A stretch of DNA of 64,000 nucleotides from the human T2T-CHM13v2.0 reference genome, Homo sapiens: NCBI RefSeq assembly GCF_009914755.1, contig NC_060927.1, one strand, 5' to 3'. Position numbers and translations under genes: made by a program. The notes under the pieces are model-generated. The model worked only from the letters and a program-made list of their open reading frames with translations. It did no database searches and had not been told where the DNA came from. Position 1 is the stretch's first letter. Every line of letters starts with the position of its first letter. This document shows positions 48,990-63,657 of the stretch, one piece after another.

Positions 48990-49535
48990 AAGACTAAATG
49001 ATGAAATAAATCAAATAATGAAATAAATATAAAACACACTGTGTTAATTGATTGAAAAATTCAACATAATAAAGATGCCAATTTTCCCCAAATTGATTTA
49101 ATTTCCATCAAAATCTCACAAGATATATTGAAGAAATAGCCAAGATTATGCAAAAATTTATAAGTAAAACCATGGGCCCAGCAATAGTTAAAAGATTTTG
49201 AAGTAGTATAAAGTGAATGGAATTACTTAACCTGATATAAAGACTTATTATATAACTACAATAATCAAGATAGGCTTGTATTGTCAAAGGAATAGATACG
49301 TAGATCAGTGGAGAAGATTCAGAACCCCAAAATAGCCCACACAAGTGTGCTCAACTGATTTTTGGCAAAGTACAGAGAAATTTAATAAATAAAGCACAGT
49401 TTTTTCAACAAATGGAGGTGGAACAATTAGACAGGCATAGGGAAAAAAATAACCTGATCTAAACCTCGCACTTTATACAAAAATTAAGTCAAAAGAAAAT
49501 ACAAGCTTAAATGGAAAAGATAAAACCATCAAACC
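48990..49535 (+). mobile_element. Old L1M ORF2 fragment
   Basis: aattttccccaaattgattta...aagacttattatataactacaataatcaagata...tttttcaacaaatgg. Confidence 0.7.
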
Positions 49536-52500
49536 TAAGCAGAATACTGGCATAAATTGTAACATTTTATCAAAAATCTCCTTAAATAAACAATCTTTAA
49601 TTTGAATTAAGAACCATTGAAATGACTACAGAATTAGTATTTGGTTAGGATGGTTCAGAAAATATGAACAGCCACAGCCTAGTTAGGACAAAATAAAAAT
49701 AAAGTACATCTTACATGCATTTATAAAGTAAGAGCAATGTAATTTACCAAAGCTAGCATTATTTACTTTGAAAACTTGGATATAGCTCACCTTAGTAAAA
49801 TTCAAATTATGTAGAAAATTGCTAAAGGCCTGTACATTTGAGCAATTAAAAAGTATTGAGTACCATTTTGCGCTAGTGTAGTCAGAAAGGGAAGGACCTA
49901 TTTTAAAAAAAATCTGTGAATGTTCTGAAATGCATCAATATCTCATTTTTAGTTTACTTTTATAATATACTGGTTATTTTTACTGCTGTTCCCCTACAAG
50001 GTCAATATCAAAGAAATACAAGTTTTTAGGTAAGGGACCTATCTTATTTTATTTACCACTATAGTAAGCCATTATTACCTTAAAAGAAATTGAGAGATCA
50101 ATGGAAGTTCTACCAAATTAGATATTTTACCTAGCTATTTTCTGATTGTTACCAGCAAGATTATAGCAATGTAAAATTAGTATTGCTTGACAAACTTAGA
50201 AGAAACTTTTTCTTTCATAAAAATATGCTCATAAAACTTATGTTAATTTTTTCTGCTAAAGAAAATATTTAAACATCGTTTTGAATATTTAAAAACCATT
50301 TTTGTGTATGTGTTTGGGATTTTATTTGCATATATAAAATTGCTATTGTGAATCACTTATGCTGCATATTTTTCTATTTCATATATATTATGTATTTTAT
50401 ATATTTAAAATATGTATTATGTATGTATTTAATGTATATTATATATTAAAACATATTACATATATTTTACAAAATACATAGGTTTTTAACATACTTTTTA
50501 TTTTAAAATTATATATTTAAAGTTTTTTTTGTTTTTTTTTTTTTTACAAAACCACTAGTCCCACACAAATCATGAATTATAATCAGAAAAATAGAAGAGT
50601 AGGGACCCCTGAAAATTTACCACTTGGAAAAAGCAATGATAAAACTGGTAAAAATGTTCAACTTCTTCAAAAGTCTTGAAGAAGTCGACTTCTTCAAAAT
50701 TGATATTAATCAAAGGCTATCAGTAACCTGTTGAGCACTTATTCAAGAAACGTGGCTGCATCTTAGCAATAACAGTTAACTTTTTAACACGTTATGTTAC
50801 TCTACTCCTAGTCTTCTTTCTGTAGCTCAGTGGTGGCCTTGAAATATGACAGTTTACATCTATATGGAAGGGAGGAGAACAAAGTAGGAGCTTTTCCAAA
50901 GCTTTGTTATTGAAAAATTGTCATTTGACTTCTCTGGTGGTTCCTTGAAATACCTGCGTCGAAAGACTATTTGATCTTACTCAAGCCTCATTCAGTGCTC
51001 AAAGCCTCTTTTCAGGAGACTTTGCCAAAACTATTTACTGACAAATGATTAAACGTCATGGCTTCCTGGAAAAAAATGGCTAGTAGTTGAGGCAAAGAAG
51101 AGAATAACAAAAGTTTAAGAGGAAAAGCTCAGGAATTAGATGTCCATAGGGAATTTGAAAGGCTCAGACATATTCCTTGGAGTCTAGAAGACCACAATGC
51201 TTGCCGATGGCTGTACACATTCTCAGAAAGTATATAGTGAGGCTCCAAATTCTCACTTCTGACTTATCTTGAGGCTCTGAATAAACAGGAAATGAAGGTT
51301 AAGACAGAGTGGCAAATTTAATGGCTAAGTGTTGAAAACATGCTCTAACACACACAAAGACCTTTCTATAAAGACTGAAAGATTTATTGGTTACAGATAT
51401 TTAAGAAATTCTCTTCAATTATTAGCTGATAACTAATCAAGCAGAGAATTAATGGCCACATTTGACAATACAGATTTTCCAGAATTAGTTCAGAAACGTC
51501 ACTAAAAAATTACTGTAAAAGCAGTACTAACAACAAATCCTGATTTGGTAAGATAATCTGATTTTTCACAAAACATAATACATGTTAAGAAACTGGAAAC
51601 AGTTTCTTTAACTCATACACAGGGGGGAACAGTAACAGAAACTGTTTCCAAATATCCAATAGAAAATGTAACTAATAGAAGCTGTTACCAAATAACCAAT
51701 AGAAAACGTAACCTATAGAAACTGTTCCCAAAGAAGCTCAGATGTCAGACTTAATGGGCAAACATTTAAGTTGGCTATTTTTCATATTATATAAGAACTA
51801 AAGGAGATCATATATAAAGGAGTAAAGAAAAACCTAAGAATGATCTCTTACCAAATACAGAATAACAAAAAGAGGAACGAACCAAAAAGAAATTATGTAT
51901 TTACAAAGCAAAAGATGTGAAATGGGAAATTTACTGGAGGTACACAACAAAACATTTGAACAGGTAACAAAAGAATCACCAAACTTGATGATAGGTCAAT
52001 TGGAATTATCTAGTCTAAAAAACAGAAAGAAAAAAGAATGAGGAAAAAATAAGCAGAACCTCAGAGACCATCAACATACACAGAATGTAAGTCCCAGAAA
52101 AAAAGGACAAAGAGAAAGAGGAAAAAATAATACTTGGAGAAATAATGGCCAAAACCTTGTAAATTTGATGAAAAATTACTCTAAGTACAACAATCACAAT
52201 GAACTTCAAGTAGGATAAATTCAAAGTGATCTACACCTAGATGCATTATAATCAAACTGTTAAAAGACAAATACAAATAGAGCATTTTGAAAACAGCAAG
52301 AGAAAAGTGAGTAATTCCATACAAGCGATACTAAAAAAAAAAAAAAAAAAAATAATTAATAGCTATTTCTTCCAAAGGTAATGGAATGAGAAAGTGCTAA
52401 AAAATTTTAACTAAAAAAATTCTATCTATCTGGCAAACAAAACCTTTAGGAAATGAAAAATTAAGAGACTATGCTCTCAGGGAAACAAAAATTGAGAAAT

Positions 52501-52848
52501 TTTATTGCCAGCAGACTTGCCCTATATGAAATAGTAAAGAGAGTCCTTCAGGCTAAAATGAAAGGACACTAGACAGTAATTCAATTCCACATGAAGAATG
52601 AAAGAATATTTCTTAAGCTCACTGCCTAGGTAAATTTAAAAGGCAGTATGAATATATTTTCTATGTTTGCAACTCCTTTTTTTTCAAATCTAATCTGATT
52701 TAAAAGACAATCCCATAAAGCAATATTTATAAATATATGTTGTCACCTAATATATAGTGATGTAATTTGTGAAAATAATAGCATAATGGGGGGTAGAACT
52801 GTATAGAAACAAAGATTCTGTATTTCATCTATTGAAATTAAGCTGTTA

Positions 52849-52893
52849 TTAGGTTGGTGCAGAAGTAATTCGGTTTTTGTCATTACTTTCAAT
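52849..52893 (+). mobile_element. Half MADE1 (one TIR plus spacer)
   Basis: ta-ttaggttggtgcagaagtaattcggtttttgtcattactttcaat; the partner arm is absent. Confidence 0.85.
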
Positions 52894-54266
52894 ATTAATA
52901 TTAAGTAATTGTAATGTTCTTATGTACAAAAAGTCTTAAAGAATCCACCAAGAAAGTATTAGAGCTAATTTAAATGAGTTCAGAAAGTTTACAGGATACA
53001 GAATTGATATTAAAAAATTAATTGTATGTCTATACACTAGCAATGAGCAATCCAAAAATGACATTGACAATAGCATACATTAAAAATAGCATTCAAAAGA
53101 ATAAAATATTTATAAATAAATTCATCAAAAGTAATACAAGACACTAAAAACTACAAAATATTGTTGAAAGGAATTGTAACAAACTTTAATAAATGCAAAT
53201 TCATCCCATGCAAATGGATTGACATATTTATTATGGTTAAAATGGCAATATTCCACAAAATAACCTACAGATGAAATGCAATCTATAGAAATGGAGAAGC
53301 TGAAAATACATATGAAAATGGAAGCATCCCAGAATATTCAAGAAAATTTTGAAAAAAAAAAGTTGGAGGATTTATGCTTTCTTATTTCAAAACTTATGGG
53401 AAAGTCACAGTAATCAGGACAGTGTAATACTGACAAGAGGATATGCTTATAGGTCAGTGGACTAGAATAGAGAATCTAGAATTAAACCTGAACATCTACG
53501 GCAAATTCATTTTCAACAAGAATGCCAAGACAATTCAATGAGGAAAAGATAATTTTTTTCAAAAAATGTTAAAGTGACAAGAGGATATTCACAAACAAAA
53601 GAAAGGATTTGAACTACTAATTTACACTATATACAAAATTATCTCAAAATAGATAAAATAATCTAAATGTAACAACTAAAACTATGAAGTTATTTAAATA
53701 AGGGCTAAGTCTTCTATACCTTATAGTAAGCAATGATTTATTTGATATGACACCAAAAACACAAGCAATAGAAATTTAAAAAAAGATTTTTTACCAATAA
53801 AATAGATTAATTGGACTTTATTAAAATTAAAAATCTTTTTGCATTAAAGGACATTATAAAGGCTGAAAAGACAACTCAGAGAAAGGGAGAGAATATTTGC
53901 GCATTATATATTTCTATATTATAAGACTTTAGTATCCATAAAATATATTCTTAGCGCTCAGCAATAAATATACAATTGACATCATTAAAAATAGGCAAAG
54001 GACCTAAATAGGTATTTCTCTAAATTAGACATGCAAGTGGCCAATAAGCACTTAAAAAGATGTTCAACGTTATTTGTCATTAAGAAAAATGCAAATTAAT
54101 ACCGTAAGGAAACACTATTTCACACACAATAGCATGACTATAATAATTATTTTAAGGAAAATAACAGGTATTAGTACAGTTGTGGAGAGACTAGAATCCT
54201 CATACATTACAGATGGGATTGTAAAATTCCACAGCTATTGTAAAAAAAACCATTTGGTATTTTTTT

Positions 54267-54414
54267 TAGAGGTAACCATGGGGTTATTGTACGATCCATC
54301 AATTCAATTACTAGATTATATCCTAGTAATTTAGGTATATCCTAAATATATATATTTAGATATATCCTATTAATTGATATTGATGAATCATACAATAAAC
54401 CCATGTAAACTCTA
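54267..54414. repeat. Imperfect ~47-bp inverted duplication with nested palindromes inside L1
   Basis: tagaggtaaccatggggttattgtacgatccatcaattcaattacta versus tattaattgatattgatgaatcatacaataaacccatgtaaactcta. Confidence 0.9.
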
Positions 54415-55036
54415 TCCATGAGAATTAAAAATAATATGTGCAAAAAGCATATGTATGTGAATGTGTTGATACCTGCATCATTCATAACAATCAAAAAGTA
54501 GAAACAATCCAAATGTCCATTTGAGTTAGAACACATAAAATGTGGTGTACCGTACAATGGAATATTACTGAGTCGTAGAAATGAATGAAGTGCTGATACA
54601 TGCTATAGCATCAATGAATGAAAATATGCTAAGTATAAAAAGTCAGTAACAAAATAATACATATTGTAACATCCTATTTGTGGGAGATGTCCAGAATAGG
54701 CAAACACCAGCCACAAAGTAGATTAGTGGTGTCAAGGGCTTGGGAGAAAGAAAAAATGTTAATGAGTAGAGGGTTTTTATTTGGGGTGATGAAAACATTT
54801 TGGAATTAGATACTGGTGACGACTGTATAATTTTGTAAGTGTATTAAAATCCACTAAATTGTATACATTTAAATGGAGAATTATATGACATATAAATTAT
54901 AGTTTTTAAAGAAGAAATTGAACATTTGAACTGAAATAGAATTCGAACATCATCTGGCATTAGGTATAATGATATACCTAAATCTGTCAGTGATGAAATA
55001 AAATTGTGGATCTATTTTGTTCTACTTTCCCTTACT

Positions 55037-55238
55037 CAGCATGATCTCCCAAACTGGCTCATCATTGAAATTACTAGAGGAGGTATCCAAACTGGCTCAT
55101 CATTGAAATTACATGAGGAAGTTTCTGTATAATATATATTTTCTAAACATTTTCATTTCATAGGTCTAAGGTAATACAAAATATATATTTTTAAAAGATT
55201 CTGAGATTATAAGTAATATTTACATTTGAGAAACCTTG
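55037..55238. mobile_element. MER5-like MITE with a 38-bp tandem duplication at one end
   Basis: ccaaactggctcatcattgaaattac at 55049 and 55087; the element ends tttgagaaacc. Confidence 0.5.
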
Positions 55239-56863
55239 ACTGGAAAATAAAAACCGAGGAAATAGTGACATGCCTCAAGATCAAAGATCTACTAGTAGAT
55301 AGAACCAGAAGCCAAGATTTTTGGTTTCTCTTCCTTTATCTTTTCATAATGTTGTACTGTCTCACAGTAGTACCTTCAAACCGATTAAATTTATACACAG
55401 ATTTTATATGTCTTGTACATTGCATGATAACAGAAAAATCCATTAAGCTGGGTTTTCATCTTATTTACCCTAGGCCGGCAACCAATTTCTTCTCTTCTTG
55501 CCTCTTTCTCTTTAAAATCCCCCTTTGCTCTGTGTCAAGAGAACACTCAAGACTGTCAAGAGAGCAGTAGAGTTTACACTGCATATTTGGGAGATCATGC
55601 TGAGGAAGGGAAAGTAGAACAAAATTGATCCACGATTTTATTTCTTCATAATAGATTTAGGTATATTATTATTGTTGTATTGTTCCTGCCTTTCCCACTT
55701 TTTTCTACCTGCTCTTTCAGATTTCTCTGTCTCTTATTTTCTTCCATTTGACATAACATATTTTACTTCTGAGAAGAAAGCTAAACAAAGTAGAGTTGAT
55801 TTGCATGATCTTACTTTCTTCAGTATTTGTTAGTAATATCTCTGTGAGTACTTGAAAACTCAAACAGCTATTTGGTTGTATGTCTACAGAGAGGGAGAAA
55901 AGAACAAACTCTGATGAAATCATTAATGTGACTTTCACTCGGACCTTTCTGATTACAGGAGCTTCATCCTAGTTGGCCTGAATAACACATTTGCGAAAGA
56001 ATATTCTAGTTTTTTTTTTACAGAATGAAAGGAGCATGACGTTATGATTTAATATGGTGATTAATTTAATAACATGGCTTAACTGAAAAGTGTTTAGAAC
56101 TATGTCTGACACATAATGTTTTATGTGTTAGTTATTACATTGTTAGTATTATTCCCAGAGTCATAGCATAGATGTCTTCCTGTAGTGCAATAGCAAATAT
56201 ACTTCTGCCCCACTTCTTGAGACCATAAGGTTTCCTTCCTTGTGGATGAGGCATAGTTGATGGTATGGAACAGTAAAGGGATCCTGACATGGAAAAAAAG
56301 AGATGAAAGCAAGCACGTAAACAGTTAAGAGACCAGAGCATTAAATAAATTACCAAGGACTACCAACTCTCTTTTGCCAGCATAAGCTTGCATACAACTT
56401 CCCGCAGACACCATCATGGAAGAAAAGCAGAAAAATAGCAAAGCTATTTGGGAGACAGTATTTTTTTCTAGAGATACTGAACATTAACTGAATGAGAGGA
56501 CTATTTATATGATAAAAGTTAGTAAAGGCATTAAAGGGACTTCCTTCAGTGTTCCCTTTACTACTCTGTTGTATTTGTTGTTTTCTTCTTAGCATACATT
56601 ATTCATTCTTTCTGCAGTTGCCCCATTTAGCAAGTCATCTTTTCACACTCTCAATCTGTATGGATGGCCTAATCAAGTAATGGAGTCTATATTACAGCCC
56701 TAACAAATCAGTGCATCTCTTTCCCCTAGGAATGCAGATTAGCTGTAGGCACATGATATATCTAAGCCAGTCGAATAGGACAGTGCTATTAATCCAATAA
56801 TGGGATAATGATATTTTTACTAGAAAAAAATTGCAATTGTAATTTGTATTTATGGAATGTGAA

Positions 56864-57315
56864 TGTATTAGTCAGGGTTCTCTAGAGGAACAGAACTAAA
56901 AGGATAGATATATATATATAAAGGGGAGTTCATTAAGGAGTATTGACTCACACAATCACTTGGTAAAGTCCCACAATAGGCCATCTGCAAGCTAAGGAGT
57001 AAGAAACCCAGTCCCAGTCCCAAAGCTGAAGAACTTGGGAGTCCAGTGTTCAAGGGCAGGAAGCGTCCAGCATGGGAGAAAGATGTAGGTGAGACTAAAC
57101 CAGTCTAGCCTATTTACAATCTTCTGCCTGCTTTTATTCTGGCCACACTGGAAGCTGATTAGATGGTGCCCACCCAGATTAAGGGTGGGTCTGCCTTTCC
57201 CAGTCCACTGTCTCAAATGTTAATCTCCTTTGGCAACGCCCTCACAGACACACCCAAGAATAATACTTTGCATCCTTCAATCCAATCAAGTTGATACTCA
57301 ATATTAACCATCACA
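56864..57315 (-). mobile_element. MLT2A (HERVL) solo LTR
   Basis: tgtattagtcagggttctctagagg ... aatattaaccatcaca; near-TSD gtgaa/gtgag. Confidence 0.92.
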
Positions 57316-57830
57316 GTGAGTGTCTAGGTTCCATTTCTGTGGTCCCACCTTTTAAATGTATATGAGTGTTTCAGATAGACCTGCAATCCTGTTTTGTATG
57401 TAACAATGTTAGCGGATGACATTTTTCTCAAGTGGAATCCAATACAAAATACTTAATACTTTAACGTGATAGTTATTCCTTCTAAGTAGTACAACAGTGC
57501 CAAAGATAAATCTGAAACAGTTTATTTGTACTCATAAGGTACTTCTCGTATGTGAAATGTATAGGTAATACATAATACGTAATACGTAATAACTGTACAT
57601 ATATGTAGGGTACATGTGATATTTTGATATATGCATATAGTGTGTCATGTTATTAGTGAGATTCATACTTTCAGATGTTTTCTTGTTACACAAGAGTGTG
57701 TTTTTCTTTTAGGTTGAAACATGCACTTTAGCATTTTTTCCCTCTGATATTGCTTTTTTGTTGTTCTTGGTTCCAAATGTCTTATTTCTCTTTCGTTCCT
57801 GAATAATAGATGTGCTGGATATAGTATTTT

Positions 57831-58651
57831 AGTGGGTGAAGGATATGAGCAGACACTTCTCAAAAGAAGACATTTATGTGTCCATCAAACATATGAAAAA
57901 AAGCTCATCATCACTGGTCATTAGAGAAATGCAAATCAAAACCACAATGAGATACCATCTCATGTCAGTTAGAATGGCAATCATTAAAAAGTCAGGAAAC
58001 AACAGATGCTGGAGAGGATGTAGCAAAATAGGAATGCTTTTACACTGTTGGTGGGAGTGTAAATTAGTTCAACCATTGTGGAAGACAATGTGGCAATTCC
58101 TCAAGGATCTAGAACCAGAAATACCATTTGACCCACCAGTCCCATTACTGGATATATATCCAAAGGATTATAAATCATTCTATTATGAAGACACATGCTC
58201 ATGTATGTTTATTGCAGCACTGTTCACAATAGCAAAGACTTGGAACCAACCCAAATGCCCATCAATGATAGACTGGATAAAGAAAATGTGGCACATAAAC
58301 ACCATGGAATACTATGCAGCCATGAAAAGGGATGAGCTCATGTCCTTTGCAGGGACATGGATGAAGCTGGAAACCATCATTCTCAGCAAACTAACACAGG
58401 AACAGAACACCAAACACCACATGTTCTCACTCATAAAGTGGCAGTTGAACAATGAGAACACATGGACAAAGGGAGGGGAACATCACACACTGGGGCCTGT
58501 TGCAGGTGGGGGACTAGGAGAGGGGCAGCATTAGGAGAAATACCTAATGTGGATGATGGGTTGATGGGTGCAGCAAACCACTATGGCACATAAGTTTGTT
58601 ACCTGCATGTTCTGCACATGTATCCCAGAAGTTAAAGTATATATATATAAA
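57831..58651 (+). mobile_element. L1PA7-like 3' fragment (ORF2 C-terminus and 3'UTR)
   Basis: ORF 57836-58534 [23 protein letters not shown]; 3'UTR ggagaaatacctaatgtggatgatgggttgatggg. Confidence 0.9.
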
Positions 58652-59385
58652 GTAGATTTTTTTAATACTCTTTTTTTAAAAAAATTTCGTACACATATTT
58701 TTCTGCTCTTTTTTTCCCCAAGTCTCTGTTTCTTAGTATATCTATCAACAAGTGGATAGAACAAAGAACTCAATTAATTTAATAAATACTGTTTACAGGT
58801 CTTGTAAAGGGTTTGGTAGAGATTAAACTAATGTCTTCTCCCTTTATCTCTCATGGGATTTGTAGGTAACAGACCTATTTAGTCATTAAGTAGAAATGCT
58901 TTATTCAGAGTTAGAATTATACAGAGTGAAGCAGGAGAGGTTCTAAATACTCCATGGCATTAAGAATTTCTTTTTGCAGAGGAAAAATTTGAAAGGAAAA
59001 CCATAGTCATTATAAACTGGCATAAAATGTACTTTAAACTATGTAAAAGAAAACTTTAAAATTTCTGTACGCTGATCCATCCATTCACTGACCAACAAAT
59101 ATGGAGTTTAATTGCTCTTAAAGGATTCAAATCTTTCAAAGTATCTGTAACATTTTTACAGCAGTTAAGTTTTCAATGGGCTTGTATTCCAAATACAGAT
59201 GGTCTTTAATTAAAATCAAGCCAGTCTGGTTACAGCTGCAAACTCTTCAGTTCAATGAAATTTTCTGCTTATATTTTCCTCATTTAACACATACAGCCCA
59301 CAAACACATGCAGATATTTTATCACATAAAAGAGAACAATGGACACTTTAGTTTTCTCTGTTACAAAGATTATAGATAAATACAT

Positions 59386-59928
59386 TACTACCCAAGATGG
59401 CCACAATGTTCCCCTCAGCATGACTGAAATTCAGACATTTTCCTTTGTGACTATAGTCCTTTAACCATCCCTTTTCCTAGACTAAAACATGTAGTTTGGA
59501 AAACTCCTAATTGCTAATTCTGTATCAGCTTCTTTCGTTGAAATGTACATAAATCTCCTTAAAAGTCTCTTGCCAGTTTTATGACCTAGAAGCATCTTTC
59601 CGAAGGACCTTGGAGCCTTCCTTTTGAAATATAATCATCAAGGAAGATAGCACTCCTGTCTCCCTGTCTCTGTGGGACGGTGAGAGCCGAACTTTGTTAG
59701 TTACCTTGCTCTAAATTATAAAAATACATCCTGTCATAAAAATATGAAGGAAGTTTATTTTTCCTAGGGGAAGGTCAATCAGCACACAGGAAGCCAGAGA
59801 TTCTTTCCGACACAGGTTTTTAGCTCTTTGTTTCAGTGGAGTTGAGAGCTGTCTTTTCCTGCTGTTGAAATAGTCTTGAATAAAATCTTTGCCTGTTAAA
59901 CTTTTCCCAATGCAATTTTTCTTTGACA
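59386..59928 (+). mobile_element. MER4-group ERV1 LTR (MER31/MER67-like)
   Basis: tctcttgccagtttta, aaggaccttggagcc, atcatcaaggaagatagcac; aataaa, ending tttctttgaca. Confidence 0.65.
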
Positions 59929-60804
59929 TTACTCAAAATACATTACTGTAAATATGTATAGTTTTACGTCTGTCTAAGAGGGATTTTGCACTTAAGGTAT
60001 GAAATATATATTTATAATTGATGCAAAATTAAATTTTGTGACTTTGCCTTAAATCGCCACAGAAACAAAAGACTTTGAGGGCTTCTAAGCCTCTCATACT
60101 TTGCTGTTGGTGTTTGTATTATATTTCTGCCTTTTTTCCCGCAAATACTGCCACCACTGCCAACACACCAATTGATGGCAGTTTAACGATAACAGAGACT
60201 CATCAAAATTTCAATTCTGTAATTCAGCAGTTGAATGACTAGCCTAAAAACTATATTGTGTCTTCTTGCTAGTTCAATTTAAACATATCTTTACATTTTA
60301 ATCCTATCAGTAAACCAAATTATACTAGCGCTATGTTATTTATACAAAGAAAACTATAGCAAGTAAAGAGACAATTGCCTAGGAAATTAAGAGTGCAGGG
60401 ATGAGTGACATTCACAATATCTTTTCAGAGTTATTAGAATGCTTGTTATCAATTCCTCTTAAATTTTACTCTTATTGTTGTTATTAACAACCTTATTCTT
60501 TCACACTAAAATGTTAGTACAGGCCTGCTAGAATGTAACTTTTGTATTTTAAGAATTTACAGAGTTTGAGGTTCAGAAAGGGATTTTCAGACTAGTTTAA
60601 ATACATACTGAAGCAGATTTCTATTTGGTCAGATCGGTTGGAAACAGTAGAAAAACAAATATATCTTCGGTTCAAAGACTAACGTAGCTGTCTTCCTATA
60701 AAAATGTAATCAAGTCTCGGCACGGTGGCTCATACCTGTAATCCCAGCACTTTGGGAGGCTGAGCAGGGCGGATCACGAGGTCAAGAGATAGAGACCATC
60801 CTAG

Positions 60805-62343
<1,539 letters not shown>

Positions 62344-62619
62344 CTAATAAATCTCTGTTGCTTTGCAAGATGGAGAATATAAGCCATTTACCCCTTGTTT
62401 TCCATCCCTTACTTACTTTCCCTTACTCTTTCCCATCCGTTTCCTTTTGCTTGGTTGAAGAACAGTGGAAATACATTAACTGTATGTGTGGTTTCGGTAT
62501 TTATTGAGATTGAGGATACATGTCAAATAAATCATCCAAACACATCTGCAGCCATTACTAGACATTTTCTTGCACATGTTTCATTTCCTGTTGTTTTGTA
62601 AATGACAAAGTTAAAAGCA

Positions 62620-62756
62620 AGATATAGTCAGACTTCCCTAGTTTAAACCCTGAATCTTTCCCTCTGGCATAAAAAGGGGCAATCATAGTACTTAACCCTT
62701 ATTAGGTTGAAAAGAATAAATGATGTAATTGACGCAAACGATTTAGCATGGTGCCA
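62620..62756 (+). mobile_element. MIR fragment
   Basis: gtcagact...tttaaaccctg...taaaaagggg...atagtac...taaatga...ttagcatggtgcc. Confidence 0.5.
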
Positions 62757-62774
62757 TTAAATTTTAGTGTTTTG

Positions 62775-63313
62775 TTTATCAGTTGTTGTATAACAAAACT
62801 GTCATAAAACTCTCCCTGATAAGACTTAGCCGCTTAAAACAACCATTTATATTGTTCCTGATTTTGTGGGGTAGGAATTTGGGAAGGACTCAGCTGGGTG
62901 GGATCACAACATTCTACATGTCATCAGCTGGGGCAGCTGGGGCCAGAGGAGCCCTTAATTGCCTTCCTCAGTCATATGTCATAAACCTTGGTGGTCTTTT
63001 ACCTCTCTTCTCCTTTCCATTTAGTGTTTCACTCTTTGGGCATTTCTCGGCAAATATTTCTCATAGGCTGGCAATATCAGGGCATTCTCACTTCTAATAT
63101 GGTATTAGCTTCCAAGAGGCAGAAAGTAGAAACTTTCAGGCCCATTTAAGGGCTAACCCTGGACCTAGAATGGCAATCACAGAGTTGAAACAGAATTAGT
63201 GAGTTGAGAAAAAGACTCTAGCTTTTGATGTGGGAGTGGCAAGGTCACATTGCACACAAGTATGGTGGAAGGGACTTTGTGTTACTACCATGTTGGGAAT
63301 AAGATCTTCCATA
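62775..63313 (-). mobile_element. MLT1 LTR (MLT1G/H-like)
   Basis: gcttaaaacaaccatttat, ggaatttgggaaggactcagctggg, gtggcaaggtcacattgca. Confidence 0.7.
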
Positions 63314-63315
63314 TG

Positions 63316-63657
<342 letters not shown>

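Larger units (their letters stand above)
50575..54905 (+). mobile_element. Old L1MB-like element: 5'UTR and ORF1, large internal deletion, then the 3' part of ORF2 and 3'UTR
   Basis: ORF1-like gaaataatggccaaaac...cacctagatgcattataatcaaactg. Jumps to RT-region sequence near 52920. 3' end ttggggtgatgaaaacattttggaattagata. Confidence 0.75.
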
